DNA of 64,000 nucleotides, from assembly GCA_963719085.1 (NCBI GenBank), contig CAVRAL010000001.1:96001-160000 (forward strand). Direction: 5' to 3'. The position numbers and the translations under genes were made by a program. The stretch is from a candidate division FCPU426 bacterium. Lineage in GTDB: Bacteria > Oederibacteriota > Muellerivitia > Muellerivitales > Muellerivitaceae. Below the pieces are notes generated by a model that did not search any database, was not told the origin of the DNA, and saw only the letters and a program-made list of their open reading frames with translations. Of the stretch, positions 1 through 15,510 are shown piece by piece. The number at the start of each line of letters is the position of its first letter. Position 1 is the first letter of the stretch.

Positions 1-846
1 TACAGTGTGGACACGGATATGGAAGTGCGTCTCAATCGGGAACGGTTAAACCGCTCGGAGCCTTTCAACGCCTGGGTCATCGCCCAGGCCAAAAACCTTT
101 TCGTCAATGACGCCAGCAGCGACTTCCGGTTTCAAAATTTCGCCGCGGAGTCCAAAATTAAAAGTCTGGTGGCGGCGCCTTTCCTGGCGGGCAATGAGAT
201 GCTGGGTTTGGTGCGTATGGAAAGCAATGTGCCGGGTGTTTTTAGGCAGGATGACGCCAGGCTTCTTTCCAATTTCGCTGATTTGGGAACGGTGGCGCTG
301 GAACACGTGGCCCTTTACCGCCAAACCATCGAACTGGCGATCACGGATGGCTTGACCGGCCTTTATGTCCAGCGCTATTACAAAGAGCGGGTCCGTGACG
401 AGGTTTTCCGCGCGCTGGAGCATCAATTTCCCCTTTGCGTTTTGATGATCGATGTGGACCACTTCAAATCCTACAACGACCGTTACGGGCATTTGGTGGG
501 GGACCGGGTTCTGAAGTGCGTGGCTCAAATTTTAAAAGAGACCATTCGAACGGTCGACTTGGCGGCGCGGTATGGCGGCGAGGAATTTTCGGTTTTGCTT
601 TTAAAGACTCCCTTGGATGGGGCTGAAAAAGTGGCCGAGCGCATCCGTCAAAAGGTGCAGGAACAGGAAGTGTTGGCGGCCAAGCAAGTGACCCATGTGA
701 CGGTCAGCATTGGGGTGGCGGAGCTCAATCCGACCCTTAAAAATGTGGAGGCTTTTATCGATTTCGCCGACCAGGCCCTTTATCTAGCCAAGGCGGCGGG
801 CCGCAACCGCGTTCGTTTGGCGAAACTAGGACAGAGCCATGATTGA
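1..846 (+). CDS. GAF + GGDEF diguanylate cyclase, probably 5'-truncated by the window edge
   Basis: Frame open from base 1; GAF-like segment (SLVAAPF...GLVRMES...F...DARLL), then AITDGLTGL, DVDHFKSYNDRYGH, RTVD I-site, ARYGGEEF, ADQALYLAKAAGRNRV. Confidence 0.9.
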   Translation, partial: YSVDTDMEVRLNRERLNRSEPFNAWVIAQAKNLFVNDASSDFRFQNFAAESKIKSLVAAPFLAGNEMLGLVRMESNVPGVFRQDDARLLSNFADLGTVALEHVALYRQTIELAITDGLTGLYVQRYYKERVRDEVFRALEHQFPLCVLMIDVDHFKSYNDRYGHLVGDRVLKCVAQILKETIRTVDLAARYGGEEFSVLLLKTPLDGAEKVAERIRQKVQEQEVLAAKQVTHVTVSIGVAELNPTLKNVEAFIDFADQALYLAKAAGRNRVRLAKLGQSHD

Positions 847-2242
847 AAAAACCCAAAAAATTTGGGGCGGCCTACTGGGTCTGGCGGTTTTGGGATTGGG
901 GGCGCTGCCGGGGGCGGGAGCTTATCTTTTACGCGCGCCGATTCTTTTTATGGTTCCCTTGGGTTATTTTTGGCCGGAAGCGGGTTTGTGGTTTTTGGGG
1001 ACTTATACGATTGGGATCGTGGCGGAAAAGGCCATGAACTTGCCCGCGCTGGCGGATGTCTGGATTTTTCCGGAATTCTTGGCCGCCGGGATTCTTTGGA
1101 CCATTCCTTTTATCCTCCGAAGCACCCACCTCGCCCTTCGACGCGAATTCGAAGGACGAATTCAAACCCGAAAGGACGCGTTTTCCGAATTCTTCTCAAA
1201 TTCGGAGAAGATCAAAAAAGAAAATTCCCTACTCGAGAAACAGCTTCGAAACATTGAGCATCTTTATGACGTGATTAAAGAAGCGGGAACGACCCTCAGC
1301 GTCCAGGAAATGCTGGAGGTGGCCCGCGAGTTCACCGAACGCATGTTCAATTTGCCCCATTTTCTCATCGGCGTGCTTTCCAGCGAGGGAAAGCGGTTTG
1401 ATATCCGGGTGGCCTCAGGTTGCGACGAGACTTTTTTCCGTTCCTTTGAGATTGAGCTGGAATCGGGGAGCTTGGGAGCGGTTTTTGCCCGAGAAAAGAA
1501 AGTTCATTGGATCACCGACTTTTCGGCCGATGAGCGTTTATCCAAGATCAAGCATCTTCCGGTTGGCGCGCTGGCTTTTTTCCCCTTTGTGGTGCAGGAC
1601 CGGGTGATCGGCTTTTTATGCACCTTTAGCCCCAAGGGATCAACCTTTGATCCGGAGACGCTTAATAATTTGGAGGTTTTTTGCAATCAGATTTCTATCG
1701 GGCTTCAGAAGTCGCTTCTTTACGAGAAGGTTCAAAAGCTTTCGATTACGGATGGACTGACCAAGCTTTATTCCCACCGCTATTTCAAGCAGCGCTTGGA
1801 AGAAGAATTGATTTTGGCCAACCGTTATTCGTCTCAACTGAGCCTGTTGATTTTGGATATCGACCACTTCAAGCATTACAACGATACTTATGGCCACGTG
1901 GCGGGCGACCATGTTTTGATGGAAGTGGCGAAGATTCTTAAGAGCCAGTCGGACGTCACCCATTTGGTGGCCCGTTATGGCGGGGAAGAGATGGTCCTCA
2001 TCGCCTCCGAGACGACGAAGGATCAAGCGGTGGAACTGGCCGAAAAAATCCGAAAGGCCATCGAAAGCTATACCTTTGTCATCGGAAAAGAATCCACAGG
2101 GGTGACGGTTTCGGTGGGGGTGGCGACTTTTCCCAATGATGCCAAAACGAACCTGGATTTGATTGGAAAAGCCGATAAGGCCCTTTATGCGGCCAAAGAG
2201 AAGGGGCGTAACCAGGTTGTGGCCTATCCCTTACCGGGATGA
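839..2242 (+). CDS. Membrane-anchored GAF + GGDEF diguanylate cyclase
   Basis: Hydrophobic N-terminus, coiled-coil, GAF-like region, SITDGLT, DIDHFKHYNDTYGH, ARYGGEEM, ADKALYAAKEKGRN. Confidence 0.9.
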   Translation: MIEKTQKIWGGLLGLAVLGLGALPGAGAYLLRAPILFMVPLGYFWPEAGLWFLGTYTIGIVAEKAMNLPALADVWIFPEFLAAGILWTIPFILRSTHLALRREFEGRIQTRKDAFSEFFSNSEKIKKENSLLEKQLRNIEHLYDVIKEAGTTLSVQEMLEVAREFTERMFNLPHFLIGVLSSEGKRFDIRVASGCDETFFRSFEIELESGSLGAVFAREKKVHWITDFSADERLSKIKHLPVGALAFFPFVVQDRVIGFLCTFSPKGSTFDPETLNNLEVFCNQISIGLQKSLLYEKVQKLSITDGLTKLYSHRYFKQRLEEELILANRYSSQLSLLILDIDHFKHYNDTYGHVAGDHVLMEVAKILKSQSDVTHLVARYGGEEMVLIASETTKDQAVELAEKIRKAIESYTFVIGKESTGVTVSVGVATFPNDAKTNLDLIGKADKALYAAKEKGRNQVVAYPLPG

Positions 2243-2291
2243 AAAGCGCGTTTGGGCCTTCACGGACGGGTGAAAGAGGGATAAATAAGGG

Positions 2292-2320
2292 TTGACACCT
2301 TTAAAGGCCATCGGTAACAT
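2292..2320 (+). promoter_or_regulatory. sigma70-type promoter for rho
   Basis: TTGACA (2292-2297), 17 nt spacer, TAACAT (2315-2320). Confidence 0.7.
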
Positions 2321-2629
2321 TTATTCACTGCATAAGACGTCTCGGTTTTATCCTCTATAATTCCCAATGGATTGACCCCCAAACGCTCATTTTTACCTCA
2401 ACTCAACAAACTAAAGGGAACTTTGATTTTGGCTGGTTTTAAACGCGGGTTGTCCAGTTTTGTTCTTCAGGAAAAAAGCAAAGACTCAAGCAACAGGAGC
2501 CCCATTTCAGCGGCCCGAACTTTAGGGCCGTTTTTCCAAGGTTTCCCGTTGAAATCATCACCCTCATTTTAAGCCTTTTCGCCGGAGCGGTTCAAACCGG
2601 GCGAAAATTTTGAAAGGACTCAAGGTTTT

Positions 2630-3889
2630 ATGGATATTGCGGATCTGAAAAAAAAGACAATCGCTGAATTGACCCAAGTGGCCCGGGAACTCAATCTGGA
2701 GGAGGTCGGGTCGCTGAAAAAGCAGGATCTTATCTTCAAAATCCTGGAAACCCAGACCCAGCGCAACGGCGTGATCAACGCTGAGGGCGTCTTGGAAATC
2801 CTGCCGGATGGTTTCGGCTTTCTGCGTTCCGCCAATTACAATTATCTGCCGGGCCCGGATGATATTTATGTTTCCCCCTCGCAAATCCGCCGGTTTAACT
2901 TAAGGACCGGGGACACGGTTATGGGCCAAGTGCGGCCCCCCAAGGAAGGCGAGCGTTATTTCGCCCTGCTCAAAGTCGACAGCATCAACTTTGAGCCGCC
3001 GGACGCGATCAAGCATAAAATTCTTTTCGACAACCTCACCCCCATTTATCCCAACAAGCGTATTTGGCTGGAAACCTCCCCGGATGATCTTTCCATGCGG
3101 GTGATGGATCTTTTGATCCCTTTGGGAAAAGGCCAGCGCGGTTTGATCGTGGCGCCGCCCCGGACCGGGAAAACCATCCTGCTCCAGAAAATCGCCAACA
3201 GCATCGCCAAAAATCATCCGGAAGTTTATTTGATCGTCCTTCTGATTGACGAGCGTCCGGAAGAAGTCACCGACATGCAGCGCTCGGTGAAGGGCGAAGT
3301 GGTTTCTTCCACCTTTGACGAGCCGCCAGAACGTCATGTGACGGTGGCGGAAATTATCATCGAAAAAGCCAAGCGCTTGGTGGAACACAAAAAAGACGTG
3401 GTAATTCTTTTGGACTCCATCACTCGGTTGGGCCGGGCTTACAACACGATCGTGCCCTCGTCGGGTAAGGTGCTGTCGGGCGGCGTGGACTCCAACGCGC
3501 TTCAACGCCCCAAGCGCTTTTTCGGCGCGGCTCGCGACATTGAAGAGGGCGGTAGCTTGACCATCATGGCTACGGCCTTGATCGACACCGGAAGCCGCAT
3601 GGATGAAGTTATTTTTGAAGAGTTCAAGGGAACGGGCAACATGGAAATTATCCTGGACCGTAAACTCGCGGATCGCCGCGTTTTCCCGGCCTTTGACGTA
3701 ACCCGGTCAGGAACCCGGCGCGAGGAACTCTTAATGACCGAAGAGGAGTTGAACAAGGTCTGGATTCTTCGAAAAATATTGAACCCCAACAATCCGGTGG
3801 AAGCCATGGAGTTTCTCTTGGATAAGATGAAACGCACCAAGTCGAATAAGGCCTTCTTGGAAGCCATGAAGGGCAGTGCCGGCGAATAA
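2630..3889 (+). CDS. rho: Transcription termination factor Rho
   Basis: [65 protein letters not shown]. Confidence 0.99.
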   Translation: MDIADLKKKTIAELTQVARELNLEEVGSLKKQDLIFKILETQTQRNGVINAEGVLEILPDGFGFLRSANYNYLPGPDDIYVSPSQIRRFNLRTGDTVMGQVRPPKEGERYFALLKVDSINFEPPDAIKHKILFDNLTPIYPNKRIWLETSPDDLSMRVMDLLIPLGKGQRGLIVAPPRTGKTILLQKIANSIAKNHPEVYLIVLLIDERPEEVTDMQRSVKGEVVSSTFDEPPERHVTVAEIIIEKAKRLVEHKKDVVILLDSITRLGRAYNTIVPSSGKVLSGGVDSNALQRPKRFFGAARDIEEGGSLTIMATALIDTGSRMDEVIFEEFKGTGNMEIILDRKLADRRVFPAFDVTRSGTRREELLMTEEELNKVWILRKILNPNNPVEAMEFLLDKMKRTKSNKAFLEAMKGSAGE

Positions 3890-3892
3890 CCC

Positions 3893-4822
3893 ATGATGGT
3901 CTTTTGGCGGAGGGTGACCCTTACCGTTGTGACGGTCCTTTTGTTCTTATGGCTGGGACTGGTGGTTTGGGTTGTCCGTCAGAATATTCCGACGCGGGTG
4001 GCCGCGGCGGTCGCGCCAGTCCCTTCGCCAAACTCCGGGTCCCAGGGTTGGGCGCCTTTATTTAATATTCCCGGGATCGAGTTTTTGGTTTACTCCGTTG
4101 AGCCCCACGACACTTATTTGTCCATTGCTAAAAAATTCAAACTATCCGAAGAAACGGTCCGTAGTTTGAACCAAGCCAATAATGGCTCGGCCGTGCCTCC
4201 CAACGCCTCCCTTTTGATTCCATCCCAAGATGGTATTTTTCATATCGTGGGCCCCGGCCAGGGGCTTTCGGACATCGCGCGGGCTTACAACATTCCTTTG
4301 AAATCAATTTTGGAAGCCAATCATTTGTCCGGGGACGCGGATGTGAAATTAGGGCAGGCGCTTGTTTTGCCGGGAGCGGCTTATCTTTCCCAGTCGGATG
4401 ACCATTGGATGGCCTTAAAAGCCTTGGAAGACGAGAAGGGTTTTCTGAAGCCCACCTCCGGGAGGTTCGCGGACGGGTTTGGACCCCGGATTAACCCGAT
4501 CAGCGGTAAAAAAGAATTTCACCCAGGGCTCGATTTGGCGCCCGGCTGGCGGGCCCGGGTGGTGGCCGCCCAAAATGGCGAGGTCCTATTCGCTGGCATT
4601 CGGGCGGGTTACGGGAGACTGATCATTTTGGATCACGGCAATGGGCTGACCTCACGCTACGGCCATTTGGACCAAATTTTGGTGAAACTACATCAAACGG
4701 TCCTAAAAGGGGATCTGATCGGCCGGGTGGGGATGACCGGAATGGCCACGGGGCCGCATCTTCATTTTGAGGTCCGGTTGAACAATGTGCCGCAAAACCC
4801 CCTGCTTTACTTGACTCAATAA
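3893..4822 (+). CDS. Membrane-anchored LysM-repeat / M23 metallopeptidase
   Basis: N-terminal TM helix, two LysM-like repeats (YSVEPHDTYLSIAKKF; HIVGPGQGLSDIARAY), M23 motifs HPGLD, YGHL, TGPHLHFE. Confidence 0.9.
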   Translation: MMVFWRRVTLTVVTVLLFLWLGLVVWVVRQNIPTRVAAAVAPVPSPNSGSQGWAPLFNIPGIEFLVYSVEPHDTYLSIAKKFKLSEETVRSLNQANNGSAVPPNASLLIPSQDGIFHIVGPGQGLSDIARAYNIPLKSILEANHLSGDADVKLGQALVLPGAAYLSQSDDHWMALKALEDEKGFLKPTSGRFADGFGPRINPISGKKEFHPGLDLAPGWRARVVAAQNGEVLFAGIRAGYGRLIILDHGNGLTSRYGHLDQILVKLHQTVLKGDLIGRVGMTGMATGPHLHFEVRLNNVPQNPLLYLTQ

Positions 4823-4956
4823 ATCCTGAAAAGACCCTGGCAAACCCCGGAATTTCAAAGAATTATTAAGGTTTCCCGCCTCGCCCAGTGGCCTTATTTC
4901 CGGGTCTTTTGAGGGTTCGAGTTGCTTTTTTTAGGTTTTTGAATAAACTATGCCCC

Positions 4957-4985
4957 TTGCCATTTGGACGTTTGATTTTTATTAT
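4957..4985 (+). promoter_or_regulatory. sigma70-type promoter for rpmE
   Basis: TTGCCA, 17 nt spacer, TATTAT; a second candidate TTGCTT-16-TAAACT lies at 4922-4949. Confidence 0.5.
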
Positions 4986-5034
4986 CCGTTGGATGGTAAA
5001 AACGATTAAGAAGCAAAGAAATTGGAGCCGCTGA

Positions 5035-5352
5035 ATGAAAACCGAAATTCATCCGAAATATTTTAAAACGAAGATCAACTGCCTTTGCGGAAACGTCATT
5101 GAGACCGCTTCCACGAAGAGCGAGTCTTTTAGCGTTGAAATTTGCTCCGCTTGCCATCCTTTCTTCACCGGCAAGGTGAAATTGCTGGACATGGCCGGCC
5201 GGGTTGAGAAGTTCCAAAAGAAGTCTGCGACCGCCGCCAACGTTCAGGCTGAGTCCAAGGCCCGCGAGGAAGCCAAAGCCGTGGCCGCCGCCGCCAAGAA
5301 GGCCAAGCGACAAGCCGCGCCTCCGACTGCGCCGCCCGAAAGCTTGTCCTAG
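5035..5352 (+). CDS. rpmE: 50S ribosomal protein L31 (Zn-binding type) with Ala/Lys/Pro-rich C-terminal extension
   Basis: [33 protein letters not shown]. Confidence 0.97.
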   Translation: MKTEIHPKYFKTKINCLCGNVIETASTKSESFSVEICSACHPFFTGKVKLLDMAGRVEKFQKKSATAANVQAESKAREEAKAVAAAAKKAKRQAAPPTAPPESLS

Positions 5353-5371
5353 CCACTTTTTTTAAAATTCT

Positions 5372-5418
5372 AAAACCCCCTTCTTTCTTCGGTTATGGAA
5401 AAGGGGGTTTTCTTTTTT
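5372..5418 (+). terminator. Intrinsic terminator-like hairpin after rpmE
   Basis: AAAACCCCCTT...AAGGGGGTTTT stem followed by CTTTTTT. Confidence 0.6.
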
Positions 5419-5468
5419 GCCCCACGCCTTTTAAAAACACGCTTATCTCATAAAAGAAACGGTCTTCC

Positions 5469-6536
5469 ATGCTGGAACTAAAATTACAAACAGCCCAGAA
5501 ACGGTTCGAGGAATTATCCAACCGTCTCAGCAACCCCGCGTCCATCCCCAACTCGGCCGAGCTTCAGAAACTCACGATTGAGCGGGCGGATTTGGAGCCG
5601 CTGGTGGAGAAAATATCCGAGTTTAGGCAATGGACCCGTGAGAAGGCGGAGGCCGAGGCACTTTTAACCGGCGGGGATCCGGGAATGAAGGATTTGGCCC
5701 AGGCCGAGATCCCTTCGCTGAACGAGAAAATCGCGGCGGCCGAAAAAGAAATCAAGCGCATGCTTTTGCCAAAGGACTTGGATGGGGTTAAAAACGCCAT
5801 TATGGAAATTAGGGCCGGCACCGGCGGGGACGAGGCGGCGCTTTTCGTGGGGGATTTATTCCGCATGTATACGCGCTATATCGAGAAAATCGGGCTCAAA
5901 GTGGACTTGATCGACGCCAGTCCAACGGAGATCGGCGGGTTTAAAGAAGTGGTTTTTGAAATCAACGGCAAAGGCGCTTATGGGAAGTTCCGGTTTGAAA
6001 GCGGCACCCACCGGGTTCAGCGGGTTCCTAAAACCGAGGCGTCCGGCCGGGTCCACACTTCGGCGGTTACGGTGGCGGTGCTGCCCGAGGTGGATGAGGT
6101 GGAAGTTGAAATTAAAAACGCGGACCTTCGCATTGATACCTTTTGTTCCTCGGGCGCCGGCGGTCAAAGCGTGAACACCACTTATTCGGCGGTGCGCATC
6201 ACCCATATTCCGTCGGGGTTGGTGGTCCAATGCCAGGACGAGCGTTCCCAGTTGAAGAATAAGGCGAAGGCCATGAAAGTTTTGTATGCGCGGCTCAAGG
6301 AAAAAATGGACAACGAAGCCAACTCCAAGATCGCCCAAGCGAGAAAAAGCCAAGTCGGGAGCGGGGATCGCAGCGAGAAAATAAGAACTTATAATTTTCC
6401 CCAGAACCGGGTGACGGACCATCGCATCGGCCTGACCCTTTATCAATTGGACCGGGTGATGGACGGAAATTTAGGCGAGTTTGTTGAGGCCTTGGCTTTA
6501 ACTTTTCAGGAAGAACAACTTCAAACGCAGCTTTAA
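5469..6536 (+). CDS. prfA: Peptide chain release factor 1
   Basis: [24 protein letters not shown] (PxT), [23 protein letters not shown]. Confidence 0.98.
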   Translation: MLELKLQTAQKRFEELSNRLSNPASIPNSAELQKLTIERADLEPLVEKISEFRQWTREKAEAEALLTGGDPGMKDLAQAEIPSLNEKIAAAEKEIKRMLLPKDLDGVKNAIMEIRAGTGGDEAALFVGDLFRMYTRYIEKIGLKVDLIDASPTEIGGFKEVVFEINGKGAYGKFRFESGTHRVQRVPKTEASGRVHTSAVTVAVLPEVDEVEVEIKNADLRIDTFCSSGAGGQSVNTTYSAVRITHIPSGLVVQCQDERSQLKNKAKAMKVLYARLKEKMDNEANSKIAQARKSQVGSGDRSEKIRTYNFPQNRVTDHRIGLTLYQLDRVMDGNLGEFVEALALTFQEEQLQTQL

Positions 6537-6550
6537 GGGTTCCCCGCACT

Positions 6551-7438
6551 ATGGTTGAAAAGACGCCGGCGCCTGAAATTTGGACTCCCTTAAAAATTTT
6601 ACAATGGGCGGTTCCTTTCCTGGCCAAAAAGGGAATTGAGAGCGCCCGGTTTGACGCCGAATGTTTGATCGCGGCGGCGCTTCAATTAGACCGGCTGAAG
6701 GTTTATTTACAATTTGACCGGCCCCTGGATCCGCGGGAATTGGCCATCATCCGGGATTATTTATCCCGCCGGGCCCAGCATGAGCCGGTGGCTTACATTT
6801 TGGGCCAAAGGGAATTTTATGGAAAACCGTTCAAGGTCACCCGGGACGTTTTGATTCCCCGGCCCGAAACGGAGCATTTGGTGGAAGGCGCCCTCGGTTT
6901 TTTAAAGACGCTCCCGGCTGAAAATAGGCTTGTTCTGGAACTGGGGGTGGGGAGCGGCTGTATTTCTATTTCGCTGGCTTTGAATGAAAAAGCCCAAATT
7001 TGGGGTGTGGATCTTTCGGATAAGGCTTTAAAGATTGCCGAGGAAAACAGCCAAAACCTGGGGGTTTCCATTCAATGGCGTCAGGGTTCTTGGTTTTCCG
7101 GCTTAAATGACACGGACCCGGCCCAATTTCAGCTGATTGTCAGCAATCCCCCCTACATTCCGGAGAGTGAAAGGGTGGAGTTGGCGCCGGATATTCTTGA
7201 ATTTGAGCCCCAAATGGCCCTTTTTTCAGGACCGAGCGGATTGGAAGCCTATGAAGCGATTGCCCAAGAGTTATGGGAAAGGCTTCTTCCAGGCGGACAG
7301 GCTTACTTAGAACTGCATGGGACCAGGCTTGAGGCGATTCAAAAGGTGTTTGAGGGTAAACCCTGGGGGGTGGAAGTCTTGCCCGACCTCCAGGGTTTAC
7401 CGAGGGTACTGAACCTGAAAAAGTCAAGTAATTCTTGA
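6551..7438 (+). CDS. prmC: Release factor glutamine methyltransferase
   Basis: EPVAYILG, VLIPRPETE, ELGVGSGCI, SNPPYI; follows prfA. Confidence 0.95.
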   Translation: MVEKTPAPEIWTPLKILQWAVPFLAKKGIESARFDAECLIAAALQLDRLKVYLQFDRPLDPRELAIIRDYLSRRAQHEPVAYILGQREFYGKPFKVTRDVLIPRPETEHLVEGALGFLKTLPAENRLVLELGVGSGCISISLALNEKAQIWGVDLSDKALKIAEENSQNLGVSIQWRQGSWFSGLNDTDPAQFQLIVSNPPYIPESERVELAPDILEFEPQMALFSGPSGLEAYEAIAQELWERLLPGGQAYLELHGTRLEAIQKVFEGKPWGVEVLPDLQGLPRVLNLKKSSNS

Positions 7439-7464
7439 CTTTCTTCAAAGCGGCTTTCTATAAT
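7435..7464 (+). promoter_or_regulatory. sigma70-type promoter for rpoBC
   Basis: TTGACT (7435-7440), 18 nt spacer, TATAAT (7459-7464), overlapping the prmC stop. Confidence 0.7.
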
Positions 7465-7553
7465 CACCCCTCTTCGCCCAAAACGAGAAAAATCTTTTTT
7501 TCTCGTTTTTTTTATCTCGTGGGGCAATGCCACTCTCGTCTGGAGGATTTTCG

Positions 7554-11246
<3,693 letters not shown>

Positions 11247-11259
11247 GGAGGGGGACCCA

Positions 11260-14200
11260 ATGACACAAAACGTAAAATCAACCGCCCCTGAAAATAGCAA
11301 TGAAGCCGTAAACCCCATGCCGTTGGACGCCGCCGCGGCGCCCGCCATCGTCGTGGAAAAGGCCAAGACCGATCCTTTGGAAACCTTCCTCAAGGAAACG
11401 GTCCGCTTTGACGCCATCAAAATTGGCTTGGCTTCGCCGGATACAATTAAGTCTTGGTCCCATGGCGAGGTGAAAAAACCCGAAACCATCAATTACCGCA
11501 CCTTCAAGCCCGAAAAGAACGGGTTGTTCTGCGAGAAAATTTTCGGTCCTACCAAGGACTGGGAATGCGCTTGCGGTAAGTACAAACGCATCAAGTATAA
11601 AGACGTTATTTGCGACCGTTGCGGCGTGGAAGTTACCCAGGCCAAGGTGCGCCGGGAGCGGATGGGCCATATTGAGTTGGCTTGCTTGGTCTCGCACATC
11701 TGGTATCTCAAGGGTGTTCCGTCCCGTATGGGCTATTTGCTCGAGATGTCCACCCGTAATTTGGAACGGGTTATTTATTATGAATCCTACGTGGTGACCG
11801 ACCCGGGCAAAGCCCCGGTGGAAGCCCGCCAATTGCTCTCGGAAGACGAATATCAAAAGTTGCGCCAAGAATACGGGGCCTCGGTGAAAGCCAAGATGGG
11901 CGCCGAAGCCATTCGTGATTTGATCCGCGCGGTTGATTTGGAAGATTTGGACAAGACCCTTCGCGTCCAGATGAAGCAAACCACCAGCGAACAAAAACGC
12001 AAAACCATCATCAAACGTTTGAAGGTCATTGAAAGCTTCCGCAAGAGCGATAACAAGCCCGAGTGGATGTTCCTGGAAGTGCTGCCGGTCATTCCGCCGG
12101 AGCTTCGCCCGCTGGTGCCGCTGGATGGCGGTCGTTTCGCCACCTCGGATTTGAACGACTTATACCGCCGCGTGATCAACCGCAACAACCGCTTGAAAAA
12201 GCTTTTGGAGCTGCACGCGCCCGAAGTCATCGTGCGCAACGAAAAACGCATGTTGCAGGAAGCCGTGGATGCGTTGCTGGATAACGGACGCCGCGGTCAC
12301 GCCGTGCGGGGACCCGGCAACCGCCCGCTGAAATCCCTCTCCGATATGTTGAAAGGAAAACAAGGCCGTTTCCGCCAGAACCTCTTAGGAAAGCGCGTCG
12401 ATTATTCCGGCCGTTCCGTCATTGTGGTGGGACCGGAATTGAAGATGCATCAATGCGGATTGCCCAAGAAAATGGCTTTGGAACTTTTCAAGCCTTTCAT
12501 TATTAAAAAGCTGGAAGACCGCGGCTATGTCCATACGATTAAGAGCGCCCGCAAGATGGTGGAGCGCGTGAAGCCCGAAGTGTGGGACATTTTGGCCGAG
12601 GTCATCCAAGATCATTATGTGCTCCTGAACCGCGCCCCGACGCTTCACCGCCAGGGGATCCAGGCTTTCCAACCGGTTTTGATTGAAGGCCGAGCCCTTC
12701 AGATCCATCCGTTGGTTTGCACGGCTTTCAACGCGGACTTTGACGGCGATCAAATGGCCGTCCACGTTCCTCTGTCCAGCGAAGCCCAATTGGAAGCGCG
12801 CTTCCTGATGCTCTCCACCAACAACATCAACTCCACCGCCAACGGCCGTCCCATCGTGACCCCGACGCAGGACATTGTTTTGGGTTCTTACTATGTGACC
12901 AAAGAATTGCCGGGCGCCAAGGGCGAAGGCAAAATCTTTTCCAGCGTCCGTGAAGTCGTCATCGCCCATGAGTCGGGCGAAGTGGCCAAGCACGCCAAGA
13001 TTAAAGTCCGCCGCAATGGAAAGATGATTGAAACCACGGTGGGCCGAATCCTTTTCAACGAAGTCATCCCGAACGAGCTGCCTTACGTCAACCGGGTCAT
13101 GAACAAGAAAGAATTGGGGGATCTGGTCGCCCTTTGCTACGAAAAGTTGGGCCAAGATAAGACGGTCAAACTTTTGGACGATATCAAGGAAGTCGGGTTC
13201 AAGTACGCCAGTAAGGCCGGTATCACGGTCTCCATCGACGATATGAAGATCCCGAAAGACAAGCCCGAGATCCTGAAGCGTTCTTATAAGGACGTGGCGG
13301 AAATCGAGAACCAGTATAAGAAGGGTATCATCACCGCCGGTGAGCGCTACAACAAGGTCATCGACATCTGGACCCATACCACCGATGAGATCGCCGAAGT
13401 GATGTTTGAAAACCTGAAAAAGGACGAATACGGTTTCAACCCGATCTTCATGATGGCGGACTCCGGAGCCCGCGGTTCCAAGATGCAGATCCGGCAGTTG
13501 GCCGGGATGCGCGGACTGATGGCCAAGCCCCTGCAGAAAATCACCGGTTCCATCGGTGAAATCATCGAATCGCCCATTACCGCCAATTTCCGGGAAGGCT
13601 TGACGGTTTTGGAATATTTCATCTCAACCCACGGCGCCCGTAAGGGATTGGCCGATACGGCCTTGAAGACCGCCGACGCCGGTTACTTGACGCGCCGGTT
13701 GGTGGACGTAGCCCAAGAAGTCATCATCAACATCGAGGATTGCGGCACCACCAATGGAATCCGCGTGAACGCCATCAAGGAAGGTCTTGAGATTATCGAG
13801 CCCTTGAAGGACCGCATTGGAGGACGGGTGGCCGTCGATAACGTGGCCAACTTGTTAACCTCGGAAGTGATCGTGAAGGCCGGACAGGTCATCACGGAGC
13901 AAATCGCAGAAAAGCTGGAAGAAGCCGGCATCGAGCAGATGCGGGTCCGCTCGGTTTTGACTTGCGAATTGGAGCGCGGTGTTTGCGCCAAGTGCTACGG
14001 CATCAACTTGGCCAACGGGCGCGAGGTTCAAATCGGGGAGGCGGTCGGCATTATCGCCGCCCAATCCATCGGGGAACCGGGCACTCAGTTGACCCTTCGT
14101 ACCTTCCACGTCGGTGGAGCGGCCAGCCGCGCGCTGGAACAATCCAAGATCGAGGTCGGCAAAACAGGCCGGCTTCGTTTCCACAACCTTCGGGTGGTGG

Positions 14201-15510
14201 AGAATCGTAACAAAGAACTCGTGGTTTTGAACCGCAACGGAGAGCTTTCCCTCTATGACGACAAGGGTCGCACGTTGGAAACCCATACGGTTCCTTTCGG
14301 ATCGGCCTTGAAGTTCAAGGAAGATGATCTGGTCAAGGAAGGCCAATTGGTCGCCAGCTGGGATCTTTATAAAGTCCCGATTTTCTCCGAAGTGAGCGGT
14401 GTGGTGAAATTGCAGGACGTGATCCGCGGCGTGACCGTCCGGGAAGAAATTGACTCGAGCACGGGCTTAAAAGAACGCGCAATCATCGAATATAAAGATG
14501 AGAACCTTTCGCCGCGCTGCGTGATCATGGACGCTAACAGCGGGGAAGCCTTGAAGAGCTACCGCTTGCCGACGGGTTCACTCATCAACGTCAGCGACGG
14601 CGATAAAATCATGGCCGGGGACGTTTTGTCCAAGCTCCCGCGCCAAATGTCGAAAACCCGGGACATCACCGGCGGTCTGCCGCGGGTGGCCGAGCTCTTT
14701 GAAGCTCGCCGCCCGAAGAGCAACGCGGTCATCGCGAAGATCGCGGGAACCGTGGCTTTCGGCGGGGTTTCCAAGGGTTATCAAAAGATCGTGATCACCA
14801 ATACCGAAGGCAAAAAGTCGATCGAGGAAGAATACTCGATCCCCTACGGTAAACACATGAATGTCCACGAAGGCGACTATGTCCGCGCGGGAGACGCTTT
14901 GACCGATGGACCGGTCGATCCGCACGACATTCTCGAGGTTCAGGGTGAGTCGGTGGTCCAGGAATACTTGCTCGGCAAGGTTCAGGAAGTTTACCGCCTC
15001 CAGGGTGTGAAAATTAACGACAAGCACATCGAAGTTATTGTCCGGCAGATGATGCGCAAGGTGGTTGTGCAGGAAGAAGGGGATACCGAATTCCTGCCCA
15101 AGCAGCAGGTCGATAAGATGAAGTTCCGCAAAGAAAACGAGAGGGTGCTTGAGAAAGACGGCAAGCCGGCGACGGCCCGCACGATTCTTTTGGGTATCAC
15201 CAAGGCTTCTTTGGGAACCGAAAGCTTTATTTCGGCGGCCAGCTTCCAAGAAACCACTAAGGTTCTGACGGAAGCCGCGGTTTCCGGTAAAGTCGACGAT
15301 TTGCGCGGACTTAAAGAAAACGTGATTATGGGTCATTTGATTCCCGCGGGAACGGGTTCGGCTTTCTATAAAGGCATGAAAATTAAGGTCGACGAGCCGG
15401 AAGATGAGCTTCCGATCGCGATTACAGCGGCTCCCACCGTTGAAATCGATGATATCGACTTTAAAGCCGAGGATGGGGACTTGGACAAGAAAGTCCTTGA
15501 CCAGGCCTAG
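11260..15510 (+). CDS. rpoC: RNA polymerase beta' subunit
   Basis: [10 protein letters not shown] catalytic motif, Zn fingers, [21 protein letters not shown]. Confidence 0.99.
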   Translation: MTQNVKSTAPENSNEAVNPMPLDAAAAPAIVVEKAKTDPLETFLKETVRFDAIKIGLASPDTIKSWSHGEVKKPETINYRTFKPEKNGLFCEKIFGPTKDWECACGKYKRIKYKDVICDRCGVEVTQAKVRRERMGHIELACLVSHIWYLKGVPSRMGYLLEMSTRNLERVIYYESYVVTDPGKAPVEARQLLSEDEYQKLRQEYGASVKAKMGAEAIRDLIRAVDLEDLDKTLRVQMKQTTSEQKRKTIIKRLKVIESFRKSDNKPEWMFLEVLPVIPPELRPLVPLDGGRFATSDLNDLYRRVINRNNRLKKLLELHAPEVIVRNEKRMLQEAVDALLDNGRRGHAVRGPGNRPLKSLSDMLKGKQGRFRQNLLGKRVDYSGRSVIVVGPELKMHQCGLPKKMALELFKPFIIKKLEDRGYVHTIKSARKMVERVKPEVWDILAEVIQDHYVLLNRAPTLHRQGIQAFQPVLIEGRALQIHPLVCTAFNADFDGDQMAVHVPLSSEAQLEARFLMLSTNNINSTANGRPIVTPTQDIVLGSYYVTKELPGAKGEGKIFSSVREVVIAHESGEVAKHAKIKVRRNGKMIETTVGRILFNEVIPNELPYVNRVMNKKELGDLVALCYEKLGQDKTVKLLDDIKEVGFKYASKAGITVSIDDMKIPKDKPEILKRSYKDVAEIENQYKKGIITAGERYNKVIDIWTHTTDEIAEVMFENLKKDEYGFNPIFMMADSGARGSKMQIRQLAGMRGLMAKPLQKITGSIGEIIESPITANFREGLTVLEYFISTHGARKGLADTALKTADAGYLTRRLVDVAQEVIINIEDCGTTNGIRVNAIKEGLEIIEPLKDRIGGRVAVDNVANLLTSEVIVKAGQVITEQIAEKLEEAGIEQMRVRSVLTCELERGVCAKCYGINLANGREVQIGEAVGIIAAQSIGEPGTQLTLRTFHVGGAASRALEQSKIEVGKTGRLRFHNLRVVENRNKELVVLNRNGELSLYDDKGRTLETHTVPFGSALKFKEDDLVKEGQLVASWDLYKVPIFSEVSGVVKLQDVIRGVTVREEIDSSTGLKERAIIEYKDENLSPRCVIMDANSGEALKSYRLPTGSLINVSDGDKIMAGDVLSKLPRQMSKTRDITGGLPRVAELFEARRPKSNAVIAKIAGTVAFGGVSKGYQKIVITNTEGKKSIEEEYSIPYGKHMNVHEGDYVRAGDALTDGPVDPHDILEVQGESVVQEYLLGKVQEVYRLQGVKINDKHIEVIVRQMMRKVVVQEEGDTEFLPKQQVDKMKFRKENERVLEKDGKPATARTILLGITKASLGTESFISAASFQETTKVLTEAAVSGKVDDLRGLKENVIMGHLIPAGTGSAFYKGMKIKVDEPEDELPIAITAAPTVEIDDIDFKAEDGDLDKKVLDQA

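Noticed and set aside
2372..2572. 66-aa ORF in the rho leader
   Set aside because: TTG start without a clear SD and no motifs; better explained as untranslated leader
4823..4915. Imperfect long inverted repeat AAAAGACCC...GGGTCTTTT after the M23 gene
   Set aside because: Single short stem with a large loop; cannot be separated from chance or a weak terminator
5469..6536. Programmed frameshift in the release factor gene
   Set aside because: The gene is RF1 (PxT motif) with a continuous frame; the frameshift belongs to prfB
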